Origin: Fistulifera solaris
Taxonomy: Eukaryota
DNA length: 64,000 nt
Assembly: GCA_030295235.1 (NCBI GenBank)
Contig: AP026172.1
Location: forward strand, 434,001 to 498,000
Direction: 5' to 3'
Under the pieces are notes generated by a model that was not told where the DNA came from, searched no databases, and was given only the letters and a program-made list of their open reading frames with translations. This document shows, in pieces, positions 23,610 through 35,657 of this stretch; the first letter of the stretch is position 1; every line of letters begins with the position of its first letter. A program made the translations under genes and the position numbers.

Positions 23610-24359
23610 ATGAACCGATTAATGTATGTTGTCAGTCTCATATGGCTGTCACAAGCGACCGCATTCTCGACGGTGCCTATGACCATGATGGCCTCGTCGT
23701 CCGTGACGAAAAAGAATTGGTTGTCGGTCTTCTCATCATCCAAAGATAGCGAATTATCCCGCGATGGAATTATGCGTCAACTAGAAAAACAAGAAGCCGA
23801 TTTAAAGAAAAGAAGACTCGCGGCCATGGAAGAGTTGTCGAAGTACGAAGCGAATCTCGAGGCCTTGCAATCGAAAAAGGCGGAATACATGGCCTCGAGT
23901 CAAATTGCCGAGCCCCCTGCTGGAGGCAGTTTCTCGGAAACAGCTCTCCGCAGTGTTGTGAAATCATTCTGCTGGCGCATTGTGGCGGGTTCGGTGACGT
24001 TTATTACCACATTACAGTTTTCGGGCAGTCTCCAGACCGCCTTGAAAGTCGTGGCGAGTGATTTCTTTTCCAAATCGGTTACCATGTTCATTGGAGAGCG
24101 TTTAATGAACAAAAGTCAAGTGGGAAGGAAAAAAGGTAGTGACGATGCCGGTCGTTCCTTGGCCAAAGCTCTCATTTGGCGGCTCTTCGCCATTGTCAAT
24201 ACATTGGCGGTGGCAATCTTTGTTTCACATGATCTCTCGATCGCGGGCAAGATTGCCAGTACCGATGCTGTCTTCAAGACGGCGCTCATGTACTTTTATG
24301 AACGCGTCTGGGCGCGGGTTGAGTGGGGTAAAGAATACATTGTGGAGTTTACCATCTAG
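23610..24359 (+). CDS. Membrane protein with two DUF2061-like repeats and a coiled coil, plastid-targeted
   Basis: RSVVKSFCWRIVA...ERL and RSLAKALIWRLFA...KTALMYFYERVW.RVEWG. The signal peptide ends ATA-FS. Confidence 0.7.
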   Translation: MNRLMYVVSLIWLSQATAFSTVPMTMMASSSVTKKNWLSVFSSSKDSELSRDGIMRQLEKQEADLKKRRLAAMEELSKYEANLEALQSKKAEYMASSQIAEPPAGGSFSETALRSVVKSFCWRIVAGSVTFITTLQFSGSLQTALKVVASDFFSKSVTMFIGERLMNKSQVGRKKGSDDAGRSLAKALIWRLFAIVNTLAVAIFVSHDLSIAGKIASTDAVFKTALMYFYERVWARVEWGKEYIVEFTI

Positions 24360-24744
24360 GTGTCGCAAAAAAGCTTGTCCTTGGTCTGTATAGAATCTTG
24401 CACAGGCAAATCACCGTATAATACGGATGTAATAATCCTGCTTTTATAGTTTCACAGCGTATTTGCTCAAATGGCGGTCTTCTTCTATACGTTATCTAGG
24501 ATAGACTAGGATGAGCCACCGTCCACCCCAAAACAAGCCGAGATCTCAGTCGTGTGGCTACCCCATCGTACCGGCAACGGATGGTGATTGACGATGGGAC
24601 ATTCCCATTTGTACCGCAATAACACATGCAACACGCGAATTTCGATAACAACAAAATGAAGATGAAACCCCTAATACTTGTATCCATACTTTAGATAATC
24701 CTTTCCTCTCAATTTGAAGCGCCCTATTTCCTTTCCTTATTTCG

Positions 24745-25839
24745 ATGGATCTCAAAATGACGAGCGAAGAGGACCAAGAAAACGCACGCGTCCTCCCGGA
24801 AAACTCAAAAGTCGTTGCATTTCGGGAAGAATACGAAGATCGATTGCGCACCTTTACCGTGGCCAATTATTTCGGCATACCACACCTTTTGTCTCCGATC
24901 GTTTGTGCGAGATTAGGGTACGTGTCCTAAAAATGCTTTGTGAGACTATTATTTTTATTATGTGCACAATCTCATTTGACTTGTAGCTTTCGAAACAAGG
25001 GTCAGAATCAATTGCAATGTGTCGGTTGTCACGAGCAACTGTTGGTGCAGTTCCCCGCCTGTCTTTCCGCAACGGCGCGGTCGAAATTAACGTCTCTCTA
25101 TGAACAGCAACTGTGCGAATTGCACCGTGACAGTTGCCCGTTTCGTCGGGATGCCCAGAATTACAGGCTACTTGGTAACCTATCCGATCGGATCCCCGCC
25201 CTGTGGACCCAAGTATGGAGACCAAAGGAAGTATTGGAACTCTTAGATCCGTTACGACCCAGTGCCGTCGTGCGGGAACGGTGGGAAAAGGTGATACCAT
25301 GGCTGGAGTCGGCAGCGATGGACTGCACATCATGGAAATTACCACCAATCGATGCAAGTGTTTTTCAACAATTTGCCAAGACCGAGGATGAAATATTGGA
25401 GAAATGCTGGAAACTTATTTGCGGAGAGACCCAAGATGGTGATGAAATTCCAACGAGGTCTCACGAACTGGAGTTGGGTGCGTTATTGGTGGTCCTTATG
25501 GGTTGGACTCCGGATACCGCGCGCGGCATGCACTGCAGCATATGCCTTGCCAAATGGACGAATCTGGGCTCTGTGTCAAGAGACGATGAACCGCAGCCGA
25601 AGCGTGTTTGTTTGCGCGTGAACGCGCCCGTCGATACTCACCGATATTATTGTCCGTTTGTGCGCGGACTTCCTCACGCTGGGATGCGATTTTGTGATAG
25701 AATTCTACTGCGCTTGTTGAATGAAACAAACAACCAAGACAAAGAATTACCGCTGGCCGCCACGGAGTTTCGATTGGAGATACGAAAATTGTTGAAAGAC
25801 GCTATATCCCCATCGAAGTTTTCCGCTGTGAGCAAATAA
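24745..25839 (+). CDS. C3HC zinc-finger protein (NIPA/ZC3HC1/Rsm1-like); intron 24918..24986
   Basis: Spliced: RLRTF...YF......LSPIVCARLG|F....LQCVGC...H...CPF. A second module reads LMGW...CSIC...H..YCPF. Confidence 0.75.
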
Positions 25840-25965
25840 TTGAGTTGGTTCTATATTCCCTACTTCATTGCTGCTACAATCGTGTTTTGGAACATTAATT
25901 CCTAATAGATAGTGCATAAACAATGGAATTGTGCCTCATTTGCGCGGTAAAAAATACTGATATGA

Positions 25966-27396
25966 TTAACCTCCACTGGATCGCAGCATCTTGAACAAAG
26001 CCGCAGCTTCGCGGATGCGGGAAAATTCAATGCAAAAGGACTCCATCACCACGTAGATATCTTCCACTTGAACAATTTGATTGCGTAGCAGCGATTGCAC
26101 AAAGACGCAGACCAATCGTACCAGACGATTTTGCGCGTGCTGGTCGGGTATGTTTTCACAACTCGCAATGCATGATCCAATAAAGAGGTGAATGTACTCG
26201 GGATGCAGTAAGTTGGGTGAACCCGGATGGTTGTTGGCGTACGTCGCCAAACGATTCACTACTTCCATGGTATGGAGACTCATGTCCATGCTCACCAAGC
26301 TACTCAAATATTCGTTCTTGTCGTCTTCGGAATAATCACTCGAGGGTCGTAGGATCCGCAACAAGCACTCGTGGGCGACCATGGGATTGTTTTCGACCAG
26401 CCGGTGCAAATTTTGTGGATTGAGTCCGCATTCTCGCACCAAACGTTCCGAATCTACGAAAGGATCCTTCTTGGTGGTACCGTCTTCATGCAACACTTCC
26501 ATAATCAAGCGCTGCTCATTGGGTGCGAGTGGCTTCAAGAATGCTTTGTTTAGCATTAAATCCAAAACTTGCTGGAACCGACTCTCTCTTCCGGCATCGT
26601 GTGTGTCATCCAAAGGCAACAACATGAGGCGTAAATTCGACGGTGTGATCCATATCAGTTCGGCATGTAATTTTTCCTCGTCGTGATAAATAGCCTCGTA
26701 GCCACAAACAGGCGGCAATGGTGGGGGTAGTGGCCGAGCAAACGGAATTTCCAGAGACTTGAATGGCTGTAGAAGGTCAGTTGCGCGAACGGAAGGAGTT
26801 TCGTGTGACTCTTCTTTGGATTCTTCGGTTGAAAGAAGCTTGGCGAGTTCGGCTGCTTTGTTTTGTTCCGGGGGGAACAGTAAGAGCGGACTCACATAAC
26901 TATCGGTATCGCGAGAAATAATATAAGCCTGTAATGCCTCGTCCAGTAACCTTCTTATTTCCTCTGTCACAGCTTTCTGTTGCACCGCTGTTTGCAGAGC
27001 TGCGAATTGTTCGGGTCCGAGAATCTCCGGCAAGAAGGATTCAATGAGCTCGTACAAAGACGATATTACCCATTCATCTTCTACTACAACAATTTTTGAG
27101 TCGTTCACCAATTGTTGTAGCAATTCGAGAGCATCGATGAGTAACATTCGAAAGAAGGGCGATTCACGGCGTTTTGGTTGACAACACGCCTCCAGAACCG
27201 CCAAACATCCCAGCTTCTGTTTCGTAGAAATCGTAGTATTCGTCGACAGTAACACATGCGCGGCCCATGTTATGAGAAAGAGCGAATCGTGTGGTCGGAT
27301 GGCTTCCATGGCACAGTGGCGCAGAGCCGAAAACGTTTGCGGAGAATGATCGACCGCATCCCAGTATTGCCGCCAAAATGGTTCGATTTCTGTCAT
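25966..27396 (-). CDS. CNOT11: CCR4-NOT complex subunit 11
   Basis: C-terminal domain LVENNPMVAHECL...YLSSLVSMDMSLHTMEVVNRL...QNRLVRLVCVFVQSLLRN...FCIEFSRIREAAALFK, with upstream FARPLPP and AFLKPL motifs. Confidence 0.9.
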   Translation of the reverse strand: MTEIEPFWRQYWDAVDHSPQTFSALRHCAMEAIRPHDSLFLITWAAHVLLSTNTTISTKQKLGCLAVLEACCQPKRRESPFFRMLLIDALELLQQLVNDSKIVVVEDEWVISSLYELIESFLPEILGPEQFAALQTAVQQKAVTEEIRRLLDEALQAYIISRDTDSYVSPLLLFPPEQNKAAELAKLLSTEESKEESHETPSVRATDLLQPFKSLEIPFARPLPPPLPPVCGYEAIYHDEEKLHAELIWITPSNLRLMLLPLDDTHDAGRESRFQQVLDLMLNKAFLKPLAPNEQRLIMEVLHEDGTTKKDPFVDSERLVRECGLNPQNLHRLVENNPMVAHECLLRILRPSSDYSEDDKNEYLSSLVSMDMSLHTMEVVNRLATYANNHPGSPNLLHPEYIHLFIGSCIASCENIPDQHAQNRLVRLVCVFVQSLLRNQIVQVEDIYVVMESFCIEFSRIREAAALFKMLRSSGG

Positions 27397-27894
27397 TGTC
27401 GACTTTTTCGGTTCTACGACGCGTGATCACTGGCTAGTGAAAAACAGATGAATGATAGAAACTGACATTAAGAAGCTAATGCAAATAGCAATGAGCAGTG
27501 GCGTTATATCTCACGCTACTAGTACAAGTACCATCGTTGGTTTAGGTTGTCATGTAAATAGTAAAAACTGCCACCTGCCACAATGCGAGGGACGAAGGAC
27601 AGAACACAAGCTGAAACAAGACTCGTACTATGTATGGACTGACGAATCACGAGAATTAACCCTGTTCTTAATGTGTATAAGAGGGACTGACTCGTTTTCC
27701 GTTGTCCGTAGCGTTTTTGCCAAAGAGCACGTTCCACTCTTTCGTGCAGTATAAAACAAAGAACACGCACTCACGATTTTACCATGACTCATTTTCTGCC
27801 TCATCGATCGCCCCTTGCCCCCATCACTTCTTGTTCACCATTCATCACCATGTCATTATTATTTTTTTGTGAAACAACATAACTTTCGTCTATC

Positions 27895-28945
27895 ATGGAA
27901 CCCATTCAACCCAAGCCTCTCCCGGAGATCCCTCCCTACGGAGAAAACGCTATTGATATTCAAAATCTCACATTCGCTTACAGTGCCGGATCCAATGGCA
28001 GCAGTCTCGACAAAATCGATCCTAACAAATGCATTTTGCGTGATTTAAACCTCTCACTGCGCAAAGGATCACGTTGTTTGCTCATTGGTGGGAATGGATC
28101 GGGGAAGAGTACTCTGCTCCGGATCCTCGCCGGACGGCATTTGACCAAAAATCCCAATCCTCAGTCGCACGTCAAAGTCCTGGGCTTGCACGCCTTTCAC
28201 GATACGCGCTTAAATTTTCATCGCGCGTATCTTGATTGCGATTGGGGAATGCGTAACGTGGCCTTTGTCGGAGCCGCCGTCCCACTCATGGCCGATATTC
28301 CCGTCCATAAAATGATGGAACGCTTGCAAGCGTCGTATCCCGAACGACGTCAAGAGTTGTTGGAAATGTTGAACATTGATATCAACTGGCGGATGCACCA
28401 GCTATCGGATGGACAACGCCGTCGTGTACAAATATTCTTGGGACTCATTCGTCCTTTTCAGATTTTGTTGTTGGATGAAATCACGACCAGTCTCGATGTA
28501 TGTGTCCGACAGGACCTGTTGCGTTGGTTGGTCCGCGAATCCGAGGAGCGGGGTGCCACCATCATTTATGCGACGCATATCTTCGATGGTCTCGATGATT
28601 GGGCGTCGCATCTTTTCTACTTGACCAACAAAGGGCAGTGCGGTTGGCAGGGCAAGATGGAGGAACTAGAAGTCTATCACAAACTCAAGGCGGAGAATCA
28701 TCCCTGCAAAATGTTGGCGATCGCGGATCACTGGTTGCGGGCCGAGTTGAACGAAAATCGTCGCTTGCAGCAGATTCGAGCCCGCGCAAGGCGCGGCTGT
28801 GCGCTTGCCGGATCCCACCGATATTAGTCAAGGTGGTTACGCCAGTGGACGCTTGCAAACAGATGAAGAGATTGCGGCGAGAAAGCAACGCCACGAACGT
28901 GCCGCCGCGTTGCATGCTATTAAAATGCAATCCATGGAGCAGTAA
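27895..28945 (+). CDS. Soluble ABC ATPase, CAF16/ABCI20-like; frameshift near 28765
   Basis: Walker A GGNGSGKST, signature WRMHQLSDGQRRRVQI, Walker B LLLDEIT and YATHIFDGL. No transmembrane domain. The corrected frame ends GGYASGR...MEQ*. Confidence 0.85.
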
Positions 28946-29789
28946 TTCAATAAGGATATAGACATTTACTCATTCCGATGGTTTTATTCGTCGGAGTAGT
29001 CATCGGTGGTGACAAAAGAGTTGCTGTGCTAAAATATCAGCTGAGCCTTGCAACTACGTTCAGTAGAAGAGACTCATCGAAGCTGTTGTTGGTGACGATG
29101 ATATATGAAATATGAAATGATTAAACAGGTTGCAAACCTCTTTTATAACGGTAAACTATTCACAAAGTACTAAGCACCGCCCAAAGTTCATGACTCCATA
29201 CGATTTCAGTCACGGATTTTGTCTACTACTACGGAGTATTTTATTGTAACATCAGTGATCCAGTTGTTGATGTAAAAGCGAGTAAAATCAAGACCTCTAA
29301 TTGTTATCGCTTTTGGTTTTGTTTCGTGCCATTAATCTTCATGATTGAATTGAATAATGAATGACGAGCGTCCCTTAGCATCGGGACGAAATGACTATAT
29401 TATGGCAAAGAGGAAACGACCTTGTTCTCGAACGACTCACTCCGGACTTGACCAAAATTCAGTCGCGGACGACAACTCATTTCTCAAGGAGAAAAACATT
29501 TGCCGGACAGAAATGTCCTGCAAAAGAGGCTGCATATGTAGAAAATGTACTGTCTATATTTAGTCACGAACTTCTTGTCCTGCAAAAGTAGAACACTTTA
29601 CATTATTTTTCCCATGGGGTTTTATTGCCATCTGATGTTGACGAACGAATGGAAATTGTGTTGTCCGTGATCTCTTCTTGTGACTTTCTCACAACCAAGA
29701 CTTTCCACTACACTTTATATCGATGATTCAAAGTCCTATTCTTCTCCAAGACTACCATCTCATTCAGCATAGTCAGAGATAGACGGAGA

Positions 29790-30685
29790 ATGCTCAACAT
29801 CAATCGCCTCAACCTTCTTACAGCCTTCCGATTATTTCTGCTCAATTCGTTGGTCTGGGTTTGGGTAGAAGGGTATTTATCCGCTTCGACGACTCGACGA
29901 ATACGCAATCAATCCACAACGATACAGTTGCACAGTACAAATAGTCCCACGCATCTCGTGTTTCCAGGAGGCGGAATCTATTTTTACTGGCAAGCCGGGT
30001 TCGTCTCGTATTTGAGAGAAGCCGGTTACGATCCATCGGCTTGCAGTGCTACCGGTGCCTCCGCGGGCGCCTTGGCCGCCACCTTAACCACAACGGGTGT
30101 GGACTTCTATGAGGCGACGGATTTGGCGTTGCGTCTTGCGAAAGATGCAGGTGTTTGGGATCGAAAGAACGGATTGCAGGGAATTTGGGGTCCTATGATC
30201 CACCATTGGCTCGATGAGCTCCTTCCGGATGATGCCATCGAAACTTTGTGTCGAAGCAATGATCCGGAGAGACAGGAATCGAGTCTCACACTCTGCTGAC
30301 TCCAGCTCGCAATCTTTTCGGTCCGAAACGACGTGTTTCGTGCTTTACCAGCAAGGAGGATTTAATTCAGTGCAACATGGCCAGTGTACATTTACCATGG
30401 TTTCTCAATGGCAAGCTTACCCGAAAATTCCGTAACCGGCGCCACATTGATGGAAGTTTTCTTTCCAAGTCGTCCGACTATCGATCACATCAAGAAGATG
30501 TTCGAGAAATCATCGTTCATCATTCTCTGGATCCAAAATATCAGAAGAGGCGAATGTTCGATTTTGTGGATGCACTTTCACCCAGTGGGATTTATGATAT
30601 GCTAGAAGATGGCAAGTCCTATGCAAAATCGTTACTCGAAGCTGGTCTTTTAGACGGCATCCCGAAACGCTGTGACACCAGGTAG
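29790..30685 (+). CDS. Patatin-like phospholipase with signal peptide; frameshift near 30295
   Basis: FPGGGIYFYWQAG, GASAG nucleophile elbow, ASVHLPWFLNG and IDGSF. Confidence 0.8.
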
Positions 30686-30795
30686 TTGCAATGATTTTTC
30701 ACGAAACGGTTATGTGTTATGTGTTATGTGTAATAGTCTAACATACAGAGTATAAAACGAATAACAATAGAATGCAAAAGGACACCATTAGCGTT

Positions 30796-32337
30796 TTAAA
30801 AAACTTGAGCGTCGTCCGACTCAGAATCATCATCGCCGAAATCTCCTTCGCCGTCGTCTCCATCTTCATTGGCAGCGGCATTCTCGGCTGTCGGACTTTC
30901 TTCATCGATATCCATTTTGTCGGCACTCGACGTTGGCAGAGTATCTGTGTACCGTTTCCGTCCAACTTCGTGTTTCTTGGCCATTTCTTGATCGACTTCC
31001 GCCATTCGTACTTCCATTTCATTGATTTCGGCGTCGGTCGCCTCCCTACGCGCAACACCAAGTGCTAGGGGATTCACAACAGGGCGTCCCATCGACAATT
31101 GAATTCTTGACGAAAGAGGAAGATATGTCGCCACTCCTTGTTCTTTATCAACCCACAAACAAAAGTTGACATGAGGAGAATCTTCGTCCTTGAGTGGCAC
31201 AATGTCCAGATCGTATGTTTGAATGGGAACCAAGTAGTTCTTGTCACCCTTGTCTTCACTGCTCTTCCTCTCCGTGGCAAGTACTTGACAAGCCATCCGA
31301 TTGCTGTTGCCTTGCTTTTCAACATTGCCAATAAATGCACCATTTCCAAAATGATTGACAGTAAATCCCTGGGGTAGATTGGTTGGAACTTTGTCAATGA
31401 CAACTTGCGTAAAAGCGCGTCCCCAATTGGAGACGTTCGGCAAAACATCCAATACGGCCACGGCTTTCACTTTCTTATTGGTCGGGTGCTGAATTGTTTG
31501 CAGTGTTGTTTTGGTCGCGACGGGATCAAATGACGTTTCAATCGCTTTGGTAGATCTGCTATGTGCCATAGCCTGTTGTTTGGCTTCTAATTCCGCAGCT
31601 AATTCCTGTTTTGTCTGGGCCAACGACTTGAAGTCGTGTACCTTCCGAGAGTAATCATTCGACAAATAGGTCGTCTTCTTCATCCAAGTTTGCATTTCCT
31701 CATGCAGCACACGCGAAAACACTTTCTTGCTTTGTTTTTTGGCACTCAACTTGCTCTGATTGCCCGGTACGGAATCTCCACTGCGCAACCATTGCTGTGC
31801 CGCCGCCCGCACTTGTTCCTGACGCTTGCTTCGTAAATCCGCCGCGGTATCTCCCATCGAACCCTGCCAATCCAAGAGAGCCTGATCATCGGGATGCAAC
31901 GAAGTGAGCGGTGGTAACGTATTTTTATCGGCCGAATTCTCCAATGTGTAAGCTTTCAGGTCCATGGCCGACGATGCCATGGGCACTCCGAGATCTGGTT
32001 CACTGTGCAATTTCCAAGTATGATTCGCTTCTACCGTATTCAAAGGTTTGTACTGACGACTCTGATTCAGCAAAACCGCCTGGAGCGTGTCCCCCACAAA
32101 GCACGGCCCCACGGGCGGTCGAGGCGGAGCGTTGCGAAAGCGAAAGTCCACTTGAAATCCTTGAGCTCGTTGCGCGAAGAGTGACTGAAATGTAGATGGT
32201 TTCGGGGGACCGGAAGATTGGCCTTTGTGACGTTTGCTCGAATCCGGAGCTCCTCCTTTCTGTTGTTGCTGCAAAATCATTTGACGATATTCCTTTCCTT
32301 TTCGTTCTTTATCTATTTGTGCGCTCGATTTAGACAT
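30796..32337 (-). CDS. PAF1: RNA polymerase II-associated factor 1 (Paf1)
   Basis: F.FRNAPPRPP, LHSEPDLGVP, LHPDDQALL, WMKKTTYLSN, IETSF and HPTNKKVKAV...VLP, with an acidic C-terminus. Confidence 0.75.
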   Translation of the reverse strand: MSKSSAQIDKERKGKEYRQMILQQQQKGGAPDSSKRHKGQSSGPPKPSTFQSLFAQRAQGFQVDFRFRNAPPRPPVGPCFVGDTLQAVLLNQSRQYKPLNTVEANHTWKLHSEPDLGVPMASSAMDLKAYTLENSADKNTLPPLTSLHPDDQALLDWQGSMGDTAADLRSKRQEQVRAAAQQWLRSGDSVPGNQSKLSAKKQSKKVFSRVLHEEMQTWMKKTTYLSNDYSRKVHDFKSLAQTKQELAAELEAKQQAMAHSRSTKAIETSFDPVATKTTLQTIQHPTNKKVKAVAVLDVLPNVSNWGRAFTQVVIDKVPTNLPQGFTVNHFGNGAFIGNVEKQGNSNRMACQVLATERKSSEDKGDKNYLVPIQTYDLDIVPLKDEDSPHVNFCLWVDKEQGVATYLPLSSRIQLSMGRPVVNPLALGVARREATDAEINEMEVRMAEVDQEMAKKHEVGRKRYTDTLPTSSADKMDIDEESPTAENAAANEDGDDGEGDFGDDDSESDDAQVF

Positions 32338-33027
32338 TTTGCTCGCCTGACGTTTGGGTGTGAGATATTATCTTGCGTTGATGCTCCCGTTATCAGAAAA
32401 CATTCCTTACCTTTCGCTTCGCGCGCCGTTCTTGCTCTTCAAGACGATGGAGCTCATCGTTGGCTGGTTGTGCTGTTGATGCTTCTGACATGTTTGTATG
32501 CCAATCGAGAAAGGACTGATGATTCCAAGACAAAGAATACCGGTGGCTTGTAAAACAATGCGACGAGCGGCTGAGCTTCAACGAACGAGAAAGCTGTGAA
32601 TTATAAGATGGCGTACAGGACTTTTTATAATAATATACTCAAGGTCATAACTATTTAACCGCATGAAGGCTTTGCAATCATCGCATTTGACCGCATCATT
32701 TCGACGTATAAACGATCAACGATGCCGCAGCGCGATACTCTAGCGACTGCCAGACTGTCAGTGACAACATATCCCAAGACAAGTAAAACCCCAAACATGA
32801 CGATGACCTCCTCGACTCCTCTCTCGCTATGCATGTGCTGGAATCTGGAATACTTTTAGATAGAAAAGCAAAATCTACGCAAATAAACTACAAATTCTAA
32901 AATAAGTAGTAAGTAGTAAGAACAAGGAGTTCATTCTAATTGCATGTTATTTCAGCTCTTTAATTCCAGACTCCAATAAACTCGCTTGCGTCAAACTTGT
33001 TTCAACAACAACTCATCTTTTGCACCG

Positions 33028-33718
33028 ATGGTGAAGTCATGTCGGACCCACTGGCTCTTTTTTCTTGGCGGCTGCGATCCGCCAGCTTGGTGATAATCGA
33101 ATTATTTCCGCGTTCTCACTAAAAGTCGGAGGCTTGAGGGTCGACAAAGCATCTCTTCGTACCAAAGACCCCGCTAGTGCCTACTCTTTCGTGCTTTCTT
33201 CGGCCATGGATCTGATGGGTAATGATAATTATTATTCTCGTGTCAACTTTTTGGCGACGCAAGTGTGGCCCTCGGCAAGAGTAGCCGCTTCTCAAATCGA
33301 AAAGCATGCTCCTATGATAAATGCACAATCATTTTGTGAATTGGGCTGTGGACCCGGTCTACCATCCATCACGGCAGCCAAGATAGGCATATCCTACGTA
33401 TGGGCGACCGATATTGATGAATTTGCTTTGTCGCTTGCACGGGCTGCTGCTGAAGAACAAGGCTTAGTGGTGAAAACTCGAACAGTGGATCTCCTATCGG
33501 CAACCAATTTACCCGACTGCGACTTGTATGTTCTTTCCGACGTATTCGAGTCGGCTGCCGTGGCTCGGGGAGCAGCACGAATATGCAAGGAACTTTTGCG
33601 GAAGGAAAAGGCCGTGTGGGTTTTTGCTCAATCCGATCGAGTCCAACGTGAGGTGTTCCTTCGTGATATGAAACAAAGGCTTGGAGAAGATGCAATGGAA
33701 TGGTCACTCAAGTCATGA
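33028..33718 (+). CDS. Class I SAM-dependent protein methyltransferase (Methyltransf_16/METTL21-like); probable T-run frameshift near 33060
   Basis: VWPSARVAA, ELGCGPGLPSI, ATDID and VLSDVF motifs. An upstream ATG at 33028 joins after removing one T. Confidence 0.75.
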
Positions 33719-34569
33719 ATACCCAAAAGCTGGACACCTGTGACGCATTGTAGTAAAAATAGTAGATATGAGATACATTCACAGACTGTAAGCCTCACTA
33801 AAGTATTCTCCCAACTCCCAACGGAAGAGGACTTCAATGACACGGGGGAATGACGCATGACGCATGGTGCAAGATGCAAGAGCCACCAGCCACCAGCCAC
33901 CATCCACCGCACCATCAACCATCATGATGAACGTTGAAGTAAAAAGACAAGCTTTACTACAAAGTAGTAAGTAAATACTTTGTACTGATAAGAATCCTCT
34001 TGCGTGTGTTTTCATTTTTCATGACTGATAAATACTTCTGGATCGTTCTACGCGGCATCCCACACTTTAAGTATCTTATGTGTTCTGTACGTGGGAACGT
34101 AAAAGAGTGATGACCTTAGGAGCCGGAAAGAACAAAAATGCTTCCCAGCGGTCACTGAAGCTTACCTATTCTCCACAATAAGGCTTATAGAAAATACTTG
34201 AAATAGTCTACTTTGGTTTATCAATGTTCGACACCACATTATTTCGGATACAGATGAAAGTGTCGGATTGGAAAATGACAGCAGCGCTATTGATTTGTCG
34301 AGGTCTACAAGATAGACTATGGGCTATTATGTGATTGAGGATGTTCTTTCCTGTGCTACACTGTCCGCCTTACAGTCAAATGTTATAGTGGTCGAATAGA
34401 AAACTGAGGAACTTGTTTGTTCTTTTGAATTAGGCTGTTGGCTGTTGGATGTTGATATTTGTTGGAACGTGATAAGTAATACGGGGTAGCTATCCTTCGC
34501 TTTCACGTTGATCGTTGCGCTGGTCGAATAAATCTCTGGCACACTTGTTGCCCTTACAAACAATCGAAG

Positions 34570-35358
34570 ATGAACTGCGTAACAGCGGCGGAGCTTAACA
34601 ATTTAGGGGCCTTGCATTTGCAAAGCGGCCATCTACGGATGAGCCTTGATCTCTTTCGAGATGCTCTGAGCTTGACTTTGCTCGACCTTGAAGCAGAGCA
34701 ACGCTCTTCTTGTTGCAGTGATATGGCTTACGAGAACGAATTACGAACCGCATTGCCTTTTCCGCAAGCGAGTGATAATGTACCAGTGTGTAGCGCATCA
34801 CCGAACCCAGCAGCACGAGCAAGTTCATGTACGGAAGAGGTTGAAAGCGATTGCTTGCAACCGTCGCCTTCCGCCACAGCATTCATTCAGTCGCAAGCCA
34901 TCAATGTCATTCCACTACCAAATGCTTACTCGCATGATCCTCTCGTGAACATGACGATAGTGAGTAGTATTGTGCTCTTTAATTTAGGCATTGTGTACCA
35001 CCTCAAGGGCCTGGAAGGAATAAACGAAAGCTCTTCGTATCTCGTCAAGTCCTGCTCTCTTTACCAAAAGAGTCAAGTCCTTCTCGCGGACAGTGGCGTC
35101 CCGCTGAACTGCACCGGCAATCCCGTGATTGATATTCTATCTATGGCGATCAACAATAACTTGGCACAAGTCTTTTATGAATTGTCTATGTACGATGATT
35201 CGCGACAGCATTTTGAGCAGCTGATTGCCTTTGCAGTGACCGTTGTACCAGCTCGATATGGCGACCTGGCCATCGGCAATCTCATAGACGAACAAAAGTC
35301 CAAGTTCCTTCTCAATGCTATGATCTTGCATGCACCCAAGCTGGCTCCAGCGGCTTGA
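34570..35358 (+). CDS. TPR-like diatom hypothetical protein
   Basis: TPR-like helices LNNLGALHLQSG...LFRDAL, IVLFNLGIVYH and NNNLAQVFYEL; ends APAA. Intact 262-aa ORF. Confidence 0.65.
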   Translation: MNCVTAAELNNLGALHLQSGHLRMSLDLFRDALSLTLLDLEAEQRSSCCSDMAYENELRTALPFPQASDNVPVCSASPNPAARASSCTEEVESDCLQPSPSATAFIQSQAINVIPLPNAYSHDPLVNMTIVSSIVLFNLGIVYHLKGLEGINESSSYLVKSCSLYQKSQVLLADSGVPLNCTGNPVIDILSMAINNNLAQVFYELSMYDDSRQHFEQLIAFAVTVVPARYGDLAIGNLIDEQKSKFLLNAMILHAPKLAPAA

Positions 35359-35657
35359 TACTAATATGTTCTATCTGCCTGACATAAGCTGTGCTACCGC
35401 TGATAAACATCCTCTTTCCATTTCCTCCTATTAACACTATACCTTTTGACTAATTGCATAATGACTAATCGCGCAACCTTCTTGCACCTTTAGCTACTAC
35501 TTTACCTTCAAAAGGATACGAACTAGTGACCTAATATTAGGCAAATTGCACATGCAGTTTACGAGAACTTTTATTAATACGGTTTGGCTAGTACCAAAAG
35601 CAACAATTAAGCTTGATGACCTTTAAGCGGCTCTGTCCTAGGGGCGCTGGGGTGAGT

